Shown piece by piece: positions 12,401 through 21,929 of a stretch of 64,000 bases of DNA. Source of the stretch: Squalus acanthias (taxonomy: Eukaryota); the NCBI GenBank assembly GCA_030390025.1, contig CM059431.1, positions 147,500,001 to 147,564,000 on the forward strand. Reading direction: 5' to 3'. Position 1 is the first letter of the stretch, and each line of letters starts with the position of its first letter. The position numbers and the translations under genes were made by a program. Under the pieces are notes generated by a model, which was given only the letters and a program-made list of their open reading frames with translations, had not been told where the DNA came from and ran no database searches.

Positions 12401-13339
12401 TTAGTTTAAAGCCCTCTCTACAGCCCTAGTTATTCGATTCGCCAGGACTCTAGCTCCAGCATGGTTCAAGTGAAGCCCGTCCAAACGGAACAGCTCCCTC
12501 TTATCCCAGTACTGGTGCCAGAGCCCCACAAATCGAAACCCATTTCTCCCACACCAGTCTTTGAGCCACTCGTTCATTTCTCTGATCTTATTTACCCTAT
12601 TCAAATTCGCTCGTGACTCTGGTACTCATCCAGAGATTATTACCTTTGTGGTTCCGCTTTTTAATTTAGCCCCTAGCTACTCATACTGTCTCAGCAGAAC
12701 CTCTTTCTTTGTCCTACCTATGTCATTGGTACCTATGTGGACCATGACAACTGGATCTTCCCCCTCCCACTCCAAGTTTCTCTCCAGCCCAGAGGAGATG
12801 TCCTCAACCCTGGCACCGGACAGGCAACACAGCCTTCGGGACTCACGCTCTCGGCTGCAGAGAACAGTATCTCTCCCCCTCCCTATACTGTCCCCAATCA
12901 CTATAACATTTCTTTTTGCTCCCCCAACTTGAATGGCTCCCTGTACCACGGTGCTGTGGTCAGTTTGCTCATCCTCCCTGCAGTCCCTGGCCTCGTCCAC
13001 ACAGGGAGCAAGAATCTCATACCTGTTGGACAAGGCCAAGGGCTCCTGCTGGATCCCAATACCTGCCTCGCTTGTAGTCACACCCTCCTGTTCCTGACCA
13101 CGGACCAAATTGGAAGTAATTAGTCTAGTGGGTGTGACTGCCTCCTGGAACATAGTGTCCAGGTAACGCTCCCCCTCCCTAATGTGTCGCAGTGTCTGAA
13201 TCTCGGACTCCAGCTCATCAACTCTGAGCCGAAGGTCCTCGAGCAGCCAACATTTGCTGCAGATGTGGTCGCCTTGGACCTCAATGGTGTCCACCAGCTC
13301 CCACATGCAACAACAACAACACATTGCCTGGTCTCCCAT
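12401..13339 (-). pseudogene. CR1 ORF1: zinc-finger/coiled coil + SGNH esterase domain, one premature stop
   Basis: CxxC...CSKC, coiled coil LRLRVDELESEI, GDS, VHIGTND, DGLHL motifs; in-frame TAG at 12677-12679. Confidence 0.88.
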
Positions 13340-13539
13340 CTCAATTAATTAATTAATTTTAACATTTGGAACGCTTATATCTTTTAATCTACACCAAGGC
13401 ACTTAAATTTTGACGCTCAAGTTTGGAAAAAAGCGAAAAATAGAGAAATACTCGCCAACCAATCACTTACCTGCTTTCTGGTGACGTCACACTTTGATTA
13501 ATTTTTACTTATTGACACTCACCTTTGTATCTCAGCGTC

Positions 13540-14362
13540 TCCCGGATTTTGGCGCTCTCGCTCTGCTCCCGCTGTTTTTGAACTCTCCCGGGTTTTGGCG
13601 CTCTCGTTCTGCTCCCGCTGTTTTTGAACTCTCCCGGGTTTTGGCGCTCTCGTTCTGCTCCCGCTGTTTTTGAACTCTCCTGGGTTTTGGCGCTCTCGCT
13701 CTGCTCCCGCTGTTTTTGAACTCTCCTGGGTTTTGGCGCTCTCGTTCTGCTCCCGCTGTTTTTGAACTCTCCCGGGATTTGGTGCTCTCGCTCTGCTCCC
13801 GCTGTTTTTGAACTCTCCCGGGATTTGGCGCTCTCGCTCTGCTCCCGCTGTTTTTGAACTCTCCCGGGTTTTGGCGCTCTCGCTCTATTCCCAGGTTTTG
13901 AACTCTCCTGGGTTTTGGCGCTCTTGCTCTGCTCCCGCTGCTTTTGAACTCTCCCGGATTTTGGCACTCTCGCTCTGCTCCCGCTGCTTTTGAACTCTCC
14001 CGGGATTTGGTGCTCTCGCTCTGCTCCCGCTGTTTTTGAACTCTCCTGGGTTTTGGCGCTCTCGCTCTGCTCCCGCTGTTTTTGAACTCTCCCGGGTTTT
14101 GTCGCTCTCGCTCTGGTCCCACTGTTTTTGAACTCTCCTGGGTTTTGGCGCTCTCGCTCTATTCCCGGATTTTGAACTCTCCCGGGTTTTGGCGCTCTCG
14201 CTCTGCTCCCGCTGTTTTTGAACTCTCCTGGGTGTTGGCGCTCTCACTCTGGTCCCGCTGTTTTTGAACTCTCCCGGGTTTTGGCGCTCTCGCTCTGCTC
14301 CCGCTGCTTTTGAACTCTCCCGGGTTTTGGCGCTCTCGCTCTGCTCCCGCTGCTTTTGAACT
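13540..14362 (-). repeat. 46-bp tandem repeat at the 5' end of the CR1 element
   Basis: About 18 copies of CTCCCGGGTTTTGGCGCTCTCGCTCTGCTCCCGCTGTTTTTGAACT. Confidence 0.9.
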
Positions 14363-14489
14363 CACTCCCACTCCATACTTGTCCCAAACTATATGAATAA
14401 TAGTCAATAGTTGTTTTTCAGTTCTTCCTTTCAATAGTCTGTCAGTCAGTGGGCCACAAGGCCTGTTACATTCCAAAGTGTGAGGATAT

Positions 14490-15945
14490 TCTAATCTAAT
14501 TGAATTTTTTGATGAAGTAACAGGGAGGTTTGATGAAGGGAATGCAATGGATGTTGTCTACATGGATTTTCCGAAGGCGTTTGACAAAGTACGACATGGC
14601 AACACGGTGGCATAGTGGTTAGCACTGTTGCCTCACAGCGCCAGGGACCCGGGTTTGAATCCGGCCTCCGGGTGACTGTCTGTGTGGAGTTTGCACATTC
14701 TCCCCGTGTCTGCTTGGGTTTCCTCCGGGTGCTCCGGTTTCCTCCCACAGTCCAAAGATGTGCGGGTTAGGTTGATTTGGCTATGATAAATTGACCCTTA
14801 GTGTTAGGGGGATTAAATACGTGGGGTTACGGGGATAGGGTGGGATATGTGTCGGTGCAGGCTCGATGGGCCAAAATGGCCTCTATCTGCACTGTGGGGA
14901 TTCTGTGAGAAGGTTGGTTAACACAATTGAGGCTCATGGAATAGGTGGATCAGTGGCAGCTTGGATAAGGAATTGGCTTAAGGACAGAAAACAGCGAGTT
15001 GTGGTAAATGGCTGTTTTTCAGGCAGGATGGTAGACAGTGGTGTTCCCCAAGGGTCAGTGTTGGGGCCACTGCTTTTTTTGATATATATAAATGAGCTGG
15101 ATATTGGAATATCAAGTAGAATTTCTAAATTTGCCGATGACACCAAACTTGGGGGTGTGGCAAACAGTGAGGATGATACCAATCGACTGCAACAGGACAT
15201 AGAAAGGCTGTCAGAGTGGGCAGACAAGTGGCAGATGGAGTTTAATATAGAGAAGTGTGAGGTGATGCATTTTGGCAGAAGGAACAGGGAGAGGCAATAT
15301 ACACTTAATGGCACAGTTTTAAAGAGTGTGCAGGGACAGAGGGACCTGGGAGTTAATGTGCATAGGTCCCTGAAGGTGGCAGGATATATTGAGAGAATAG
15401 TTAACAAAGCTGATGGGATCTTGGGTTTCATCAATAGAGGTATTGAGTACAAAAGTAGAGAAGTTATGCTGAACCTGTATAAAGCGCTGGTTAGGCCACA
15501 ACTGGAGTATTGTGTCCAGTTCTGGTCACCACACTTTAGGAAGGATGTGAAGGCCCTTGAGAGGGTGCAGAGGAGATTTACCACAATGGTTCTGGGGATG
15601 GGGGATCTTAGCTACAAGGACAGGTTGGAGAAGCTGGATTTGTTTTCATTGGAGTAAAGGAGGTTGAGGGGTGATTTGATAGAGGTGTACAAGATTTTGA
15701 TGGGTTTGGATAGGCTAGATGTAGAAAGGCTGTTCCCACTAGTTGATGGTACAAGGACTAGGGGACACAGATTTAAGGTTTTGGGCAAGAGATACAGGGG
15801 GGATGTGAGGAAAAACTTTTTTATGCAGCGAGTGGTGAGGACCTGGAGTTCGCTGCCGACGGAAGTGGTGGAAGCAGAGATGTTTTCAAGGGGAGACTGG
15901 ATAGGCACTTGAGGGAAATAAACTTGCAGGGATAGAGCGGGGGAA
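14490..15945 (+). mobile_element. 5'-truncated CR1 LINE (RT C-terminal half)
   Basis: ORFs 14866-15657 and 15664-15912 with GVPQGSVLGP, FADD, RPQLEYCVQFWSP, RGDLIEVYKI. Confidence 0.9.
14598..14908 (+). mobile_element. HE1/V-SINE-like SINE inserted in CR1
   Basis: tRNA-like head GGTGGCATAGTGG...GGTTTGAATCC, V-domain TGTGGAGTTTGCACATTCTCCCCGTGTCTGC..GGGTTTCCTCCGGGTGCTCCGGTTTCCTCCCACA, CR1-like tail GGGCCAAATGGCCT. Confidence 0.85.
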
Positions 15946-16135
15946 TGGGGTTAGAGGGGTGAGGGGTGAGGGGGTGAGGGGGTGAGGGGTTAGGTGGGGG
16001 TGAGAGATTAGAGGGTGTGAGGGGTTAGAGGGGGTGAGGGGTGAGGAGTTAGAGGGTTAGAGGGGTGAGGGGTGAGGGGTTAGGTGGGGGTGAGGGGTTA
16101 GAGGGGGTGAGGGGTTAGAGGTGAGGGGTGAGGAG
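15946..16135 (+). repeat. G-rich degenerate telomere-like simple repeat (GGGGTTAGA/GGGGTGA)
   Basis: Direct reading; abuts the stop codon of ART copy 1. Confidence 0.85.
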
Positions 16136-16996
16136 TTAGGTGGGGCTGAGGGGTGCGAGGGTTTGGGGTTGGTCAGGTGGGATTCTGGAGGATTTATTGC
16201 GGCAGTACCAGGTGAGACTCCCACCTCCCCCCAGAATGACTAAGATCCCCAAAGCGGTCGGAAACCAGACCCACCAGGGGGTTATGGAATAAACGATCAG
16301 ACTACCCGACCCGTCCGACCCGAGCCCCACCATCACTCCCTCGTAGCCTGTCGATTCGAGGGTGTATCTGTTCCCTCCTGACAAGGGGATGATGCCTTTG
16401 ATTATGAACTTCTCGTAAGGTGGGATCAAGACCTCCTCTTGCGACGGTCTGAACGAGAACTTTCGGAGGTCGACACCGTACGATGTGCTTATCACAAATA
16501 AAGGCTTTATCCCAAACTTCTCAGCCAGCACCTCATTGAAGGAAGTGGAGGTAAATATTCCAAACCTCATCTCTGTGCCCGGCTTCCCAGGGACCAAACT
16601 CCCAGAGATATTATTCCATGTCCCCCGATACATCAGTCGCCCAATGGAACTGTTTCTCAACTCGTCCAGGGCGACAGATAGAAGGTAGTGAAAGCTCTTC
16701 AGTTTAAAGCAGGCATTGTATTTGTTGAGGTCACCGCCATAGCTTCGAACCCCATCGTTCAAGCTACTGTACAAATCTCCACCAAAGGTGTAGGCGGTCA
16801 TGGCAATGAAATGCTCCTCTCGGAGACCACGAAGCTCTTTGTCTGTGTTGCCTTCCCAACTGTTGGAGGCCTCTTTCCAGATACTCTTAAACACCGGGTC
16901 CCTCCCCAGCTCTTTCTCCAGGGATTTTATCACCAAGTCATCGGACGCCTCGCTCCGCGAGAAGTAATAGGCGGCAGAATTTTCTTCCATGTTCAT
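16136..16996 (-). CDS. Ecto-ADP-ribosyltransferase (ARTC)-like catalytic exon, copy 1, with C-terminal transmembrane helix
   Basis: Open 286-aa frame with ARTC motifs AMTAYT, FKLKSFHYLLSVAL, YRGT (R), RFGIFTSTS (S), SQEEVLIPPYEKF (QxE); hydrophobic WWVWFPTALGILVILGGGGSLTWYC then RNKSSR tail. Confidence 0.88.
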   Translation of the reverse strand: MNMEENSAAYYFSRSEASDDLVIKSLEKELGRDPVFKSIWKEASNSWEGNTDKELRGLREEHFIAMTAYTFGGDLYSSLNDGVRSYGGDLNKYNACFKLKSFHYLLSVALDELRNSSIGRLMYRGTWNNISGSLVPGKPGTEMRFGIFTSTSFNEVLAEKFGIKPLFVISTSYGVDLRKFSFRPSQEEVLIPPYEKFIIKGIIPLSGGNRYTLESTGYEGVMVGLGSDGSGSLIVYSITPWWVWFPTALGILVILGGGGSLTWYCRNKSSRIPPDQPQTLAPLSPT

Positions 16997-17054
16997 CTCT
17001 GCTTGGAGTTAGAATCTGACAATCTGTACCCTCGGGAGTCACTGGTATACTTAC

Positions 17055-17065
17055 CAGACTTCTAC
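17055..17065 (-). other. Candidate 11-nt micro-exon upstream of ART copy 1 (identical copy at 19095-19105)
   Basis: Minus strand TTTCTGTCTTTCTGATTGGCAG|GTAGAAGTCTG|GTAAGT: good acceptor and consensus donor, but the following intron would be only 53-58 nt. Confidence 0.35.
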
Positions 17066-17107
17066 CTGCCAATCAGAAAGACAGAAATCCAACTTATACA
17101 GCGACTT

Positions 17108-17452
17108 TCACTCCCTCAGTACTGCCCCTCCGACAGTGCAGCGCTCCCTCAGTACTGACCCTCCGACAGTGCAGCGCTCCCTCAGTACTGCCCCTCCGAC
17201 AGTGCAGCAGTCACTCAGTACTGCCCCTCCGACAGTGCAGCGCTCCCTCAGTACTGACCCTCCGACAGTGCAGCGCTCCCTCAGTACTGTCCCCCGACAG
17301 TGCAGAGCTCCCTCAGTACTGCCCCTCCGACAGTGCAGCAATCCCTCAGTACTGTCCCCCGACCGTGCAGTGCTCCCTCAGTACTGCCCCTCCGACAGTG
17401 CAGAGGTCCCTCAGTACTGCCCCTCCGACAGTGCAGCGCCCCCTCAGTACTG
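17108..17452 (-). repeat. 33-bp SINE-derived minisatellite
   Basis: Reverse complement of the 2400-3780 unit. Confidence 0.92.
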
Positions 17453-17475
17453 GGCAACAGGGGATTGTCAGCCTG

Positions 17476-18175
17476 GGTTAGAGGGGATGAGGGGTTAGAG
17501 GGGATGAGCGGTTAGAGGGGATGAGGGGTTAGAGAGGATGAGAGGTTAGAGGGGATGAGGGGTTAGAGGGGGTGAGGGGGTAGAGGGGGTGAGGGGTGAG
17601 GGGCTGGAGGGTTAGAAGGGGTGAAGGCTGAGGGGTTAGAGGGGGTGAGGGGTGAGGCGTTAGAGGGTGAAGGGCTGAGGGGTGAGGGGTTAGGTGGGGG
17701 TGAGAGATTAGAGGGTGTGAGGGTTAGAGGGTGTGAGGGGTTAGAGGGGGTGAGGAATGAGGAGTTAGAGGGTTAGAGGGGTGAGGGGTGAGGGGTTAGA
17801 GGGTGAGGGGTTAGAGTGTGAGGGGTTAGGTAGGGGTGAGTGGTGAGGGGTTAGAGGGTGAGCGGTGAGGGATTAGGTGGGGTTGAGGGTTTAGAGGGGG
17901 TGAGGGGTTAGAGGGGGTGAGGGGTGAGGAGTTAGATGGTTCGGGGGTGAGGGGTTAGGTGGGGGTGAGGAATTAGAGGGGCTGAGGGGTTAGAGGGGTG
18001 AGGGGTGAGGGGGGTGAGGGGGTGAGGGGTTAGGTGGGGGTGAGAGATTAGAGGGTGTGAGGGGTTAGAGGGGGTGAGGGATGAGGAGTTAGAGGGTTAG
18101 AGGGGTGAGGGGTGAGGGGTTAGGTGGGGGTGAGGGGTTAGAGGGGGTGAGGAGTTAGAGGTGAGGGGTGAGGAG
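17476..18175 (+). repeat. G-rich degenerate telomere-like simple repeat
   Basis: GGGGTTAGA/GGGGTGA mixture abutting the stop codon of ART copy 2. Confidence 0.85.
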
Positions 18176-19036
18176 TTAGGTGGGGCTGAGGGGTGCGAGG
18201 GTTTGGGGTTGGTCAGGTGGGATTCTGGAGGATTTATTGCGGCAGTACCAGGTGAGACTCCCACCTCCCCCCAGAATGACCAAGATCCCCAAAGCGGTCG
18301 GAAACCAGACCCACCAAGGGGTTATGGAATAAACGATCAGACTACCCGACCCGTCCGACCCGAGCCCCACCATCACTCCCTCGTAGCCTGTCGATTCGAG
18401 GGTGTATCTGTTCCCTCCTGACAAGGGGATGATGCCTTTGATTATGAACTTCTCGGAAGGTGGGATCAAGACCTCCTCTTGCGATGGTCTGAACGAGAAC
18501 TTTCGGAGGTCGACACCGTACGATGTGCTTATCACAAATAAAGGCTTTATCCCAAACTTCTCAGCCAGCACCTCATTGAAGGAAGTGGAGGCAAATATTC
18601 CAAACCTCAATTCTGTGCCCGGCTTCCCAGGGACCAAACTCCCAGAGATATTATTCCATGTCCCCCGATACATCAGTCGCCCAATGGAACTGTTTCTCAA
18701 CTCGTCCAGGGCGACAGATAGAAGGTAGTGAAAGCTCTTCAGTTTAAAGCAGGCATTGTATTTGTTGAGGTCACCGCCATAGCTTCGAACCCCACCGTTC
18801 AAGCCACTGTACAAATCTCCACCAAAGGTGTAGGCGGTCATGGCGATGAAATGCTCCTCTCGGAGACCACGAAGCTCTTTGTCTGTGTTGCCTTCCCAAC
18901 TGTTGGAGGCCTCTTTCCAGATACTCTTAAACACCGGGTCCCTCCCCAGCTCTTTCTCCAGGGATTTTATCACCAAGTCATCGGACGCCTCGCTCCGCGA
19001 GAAGTAATAGGCGGCAGAATTTTCTTCCATGTTCAT
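18176..19036 (-). CDS. Ecto-ADP-ribosyltransferase (ARTC)-like catalytic exon, copy 2
   Basis: 286-aa ORF, 5 aa differences from copy 1; YRGT, FASTS, SQEEVLIPPSE; same TM and tail. Confidence 0.88.
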   Translation of the reverse strand: MNMEENSAAYYFSRSEASDDLVIKSLEKELGRDPVFKSIWKEASNSWEGNTDKELRGLREEHFIAMTAYTFGGDLYSGLNGGVRSYGGDLNKYNACFKLKSFHYLLSVALDELRNSSIGRLMYRGTWNNISGSLVPGKPGTELRFGIFASTSFNEVLAEKFGIKPLFVISTSYGVDLRKFSFRPSQEEVLIPPSEKFIIKGIIPLSGGNRYTLESTGYEGVMVGLGSDGSGSLIVYSITPWWVWFPTALGILVILGGGGSLTWYCRNKSSRIPPDQPQTLAPLSPT

Positions 19037-19147
19037 CTCTGCTTGGAGTTAGAATCTGACAATCTGTACCCTCGGGAGTCACTGGTATACTTACCAGACT
19101 TCTACCTGCCAATCAGAAAGACAGAAATCCAACTTATACAGCGACTT

Positions 19148-19908
19148 TCACTCCCTCAGTACTGCCCTACCGACAGTGCAGCGCTCCCTCAGTACTGACC
19201 CTCCGACAGTGCAGCGCTCCCTCAGTACTGCCCCTCCGACAGTGCAGCAGTCACTCAGTACTGCCCCTCCGACAGTGCAGCGCTCCCTCAGTACTGACCC
19301 TCCGACAGTGCAGCGCTCCCTCAGTACTGACCCTCCGACAGTGCAGCGCTCCCTCAGTACTGCCCCTCCGACAGTGTAGCACTCACTCAGTACTGCCCCT
19401 CCGACAGTGCAGCGCTCCCTCAGTACTGACCCTCCGACAGTGCAGCGCTCCCTCAGTACTGACCCTCCGACAGTGCAGCGCTCCCTCAGTACTGCCCCTC
19501 CGACAGTGCAGCGCTCCCTCAGTACTGACCCTCCGACAGTGCAGCGCTCCCTCAGTACTGCCCCTCCGACAGTGCAGCGCTCCCTCAGTACTGCCCCTCC
19601 GACAGTGCAGCACTCCCTCAGTACTGCCCCTCCGACAGTGCAGCGCTCCCTCAGTACTGCCCCTCCGACAGTGCAGCGCTCCCTCAGTACTGCCCCTCCG
19701 ACAGTGCAGCACTCTCTCAGTACTGCCCCTCCGACAGTGCTGCGCTCCCTCAGTACTGCCCCTCTGACAGTGCGGTGCTCCCTCAGCACTGCCCCTCCGA
19801 CAGTGCGGCACTCCCTCAGTACTGCCCCTCCGACAGTGCGGCGCTCCCTCAGTACTGCCCCTCCGACAGTGCGGCGCTCCCTCAGTACTGTCCCTCCGAC
19901 AGTGCAGT
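19148..19908 (-). repeat. 33-bp SINE-derived minisatellite
   Basis: Tandem unit as above. Confidence 0.92.
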
Positions 19909-20019
19909 GTAGCAGGAGAGGACAAAAGGTTTGTGGAATTGAAGTCAGCGTTGTGGTTTTGTGCTCTGTCTCAGCATTCACTGCACTTTAAACATCTTCT
20001 CACTGTCAACATGCAAACG

Positions 20020-20390
20020 TACTGAACCTTATTTAGACCGCACTTGGAATACTGTGCACCGTTCTGGTCTCCAGACCGCACTTGGAGCACTGAGCACAGT
20101 TCTGGTCTCCATATCACACTAGGAGAACTGTGCACAGTTCTGGTCTCCATATCACATTTGGAGCACTGTGCACAGTTCTGGTCTACATATCACACTAGGA
20201 GAACTGTGCACAGTTCTGGTCTCCATATCACACTTGGAATACTGTGCACAGTTCTGGTCTCCATATCACACTTGGAGCACTGTGCACAGTTCTGGTCTCC
20301 CTATCACACTTGGAGCACTGTGCACAGTTCTGGTCTCCATATCACACTTGGAGCACTGTGTACAGTTCTGGTCTCCATACCACACTTAGA
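20020..20390 (+). repeat. 38-bp CR1-derived minisatellite with native CR1 lead-in (copy at 25383-25750)
   Basis: CTTATTTAGACCGCACTTGGAATACTGTGCACCGTTCTGGTCTCC precedes the array. Confidence 0.88.
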
Positions 20391-20719
20391 TCTTGGCTCA
20401 GCATGCCTCCAGCCCAGTTTGGGAGGGGAGCTTGCTGTGAGCAGATTGGGTCACACATTTCCATTCATTGAAAGACTTTTCCATTTCTACAGCGCCTTTC
20501 ACCTCCCCCGGCACGTCCCAAAGCGCTTCACAGCCAATGAAGTGCTTTGTTTTTGAAGTGTTGTAATGCAGGAAATGCGGAAGCCATTTGCACACAGCAA
20601 GATCCCAGTGTGATAATGACCAGATCATCTGTTTTAGTGATGTTGTTGGAGGGATTAATATTGGCCCCAGGACACCGGGGATAACTCTCCCCAGCTCTTC
20701 TTCGCAATCGTAAAACAAG

Positions 20720-21180
20720 AAAGACTTGCATTTCTAGAGCGCCTTTCACGACCACCGGACGTCCCAACGCACTTTACAGCCAATGAAGGGCTTGTTTTTT
20801 GTAGTGTAGTCACTGTTGTAGTGTCGGAAACACGGCAACCAATTTGCGCACAGCAAGCTCCCACAAACTGCAACATGATAATGATCAGGGCATCTCATTT
20901 TTAGTGATGTTGGTTGAGGGATAAATATTGCCCGCAGGATACCGGGGAGAAGTCCCTGCTGCCCTTATTCGAAATAGTGCCCATGGGATCTTTAACACCT
21001 GAGAGAGCAGACGGTTTAACATCACATCTGAAAGACAGCCCCTCCGGCAGTGCAGCACTCCCTCAGCACTGCACTGGAGTGTCAGCCTAGATTTCTGAGC
21101 TAAAGTCTCTGGAGTGGGACTTGAACCCACAACCTTCTGACTCAGAGGTGAGAGTGCTGCCCACGGAGCCTCCGCTGACA
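20720..21180 (-). mobile_element. Unexpanded Deu-SINE-like copy (duplicate at about 26083-26543)
   Basis: Head, one single 33-bp hairpin unit, central body and tail match 2296-4107. Confidence 0.82.
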
Positions 21181-21184
21181 CATA

Positions 21185-21925
21185 TTAGGGTTGGTGACCT
21201 ATAGCTTGGTCAAAGAGGGAGGCTTTAAGGAGAATCTTAAAGGAGGAGAGAGAGGCGGAGAGGTTTAGGGTGGGAATTCCAGAGCTTAGTGGCCCAGGCA
21301 GCTGAAGGCACGGCCGCCAATAGTGGAGCGATGGAAATCGGGGGATGCACAAGAGGCCAGAATTGGGGGAGCGCAGAGACCTTAGAGGGATGTAGGGCTG
21401 GAGGAGGTTACAGAGATAGGGAGGGTTGTAGGGGCTGGAGGAGTTTACAGAGATAGGGAGGGTTGTAGGGGCTGGAGGAGGTTACAGAGATAGGGAGGGT
21501 TGTAGGGCTGGAGGAGGTTACAGAGATAGGGAGGGTTGTAGGGCTGGTGGAGGTTACAGAGATAGGAAGGGTTGTAGGGGCTGGAGGAGTTTACAGAGAT
21601 AGGGAGGGTTGTAGGGGCTGGAGGAGGTTACAGAGATAGGGAGGGTTGTAGTGCTGGAGGAGGTTACAGAGATAGGGAGGGTTGTAGGGGCTGGAGGAGG
21701 TTACAGAGATAGGGAGGGTTGTAGGGCTGGAGGAGGTTACAGAGATAGGGAGGGATGTAGGGCTGGAGGAGGTTATAGAGATAGGGAGGCTTGTAGGGCT
21801 GGAGGAGGTTACAGAGATAGGGAGGGTTGTAGGGCTGGAGGAGGTTACAGAGATAGGGAGGGTTATAGGGGCTGGAGAAAGTTACAGCGATAGGGATTGT
21901 TGTAGGGCTGGAGGAGGTTACAGCG
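21185..21925 (-). mobile_element. L2 LINE 3' fragment running into the 36-bp minisatellite (duplicate at about 26548-27250)
   Basis: Minus strand reads PPYLCNLLQPY..LRSPNSGLLCIP..GGRAFSCLG..WNS, typical of the L2 ORF2 end. Confidence 0.75.
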
Positions 21926-21929
21926 CCCC

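Larger units (their letters stand above)
8419..14362 (-). mobile_element. Full-length (decayed) CR1 non-LTR retrotransposon
   Basis: Repetitive 5' region, ORF1, ORF2 (APE endonuclease + RT) and 3' tail ending TTTCTGATGTTCTTA, all collinear on the minus strand. Confidence 0.9.

Noticed and set aside
13509..14476. Low-complexity ORFs upstream of CR1 ORF1
   Set aside because: Translations of the 46-bp repeat, cycling through all frames
16688..17158. 156-aa plus-strand ORF (and 18728-19198)
   Set aside because: Antisense shadow of the ART exon running into minisatellite; no recognisable motifs
17476..18175. True interstitial telomere
   Set aside because: Units are TTAGAGG/TGAGGGG variants with essentially no perfect (TTAGGG)n run
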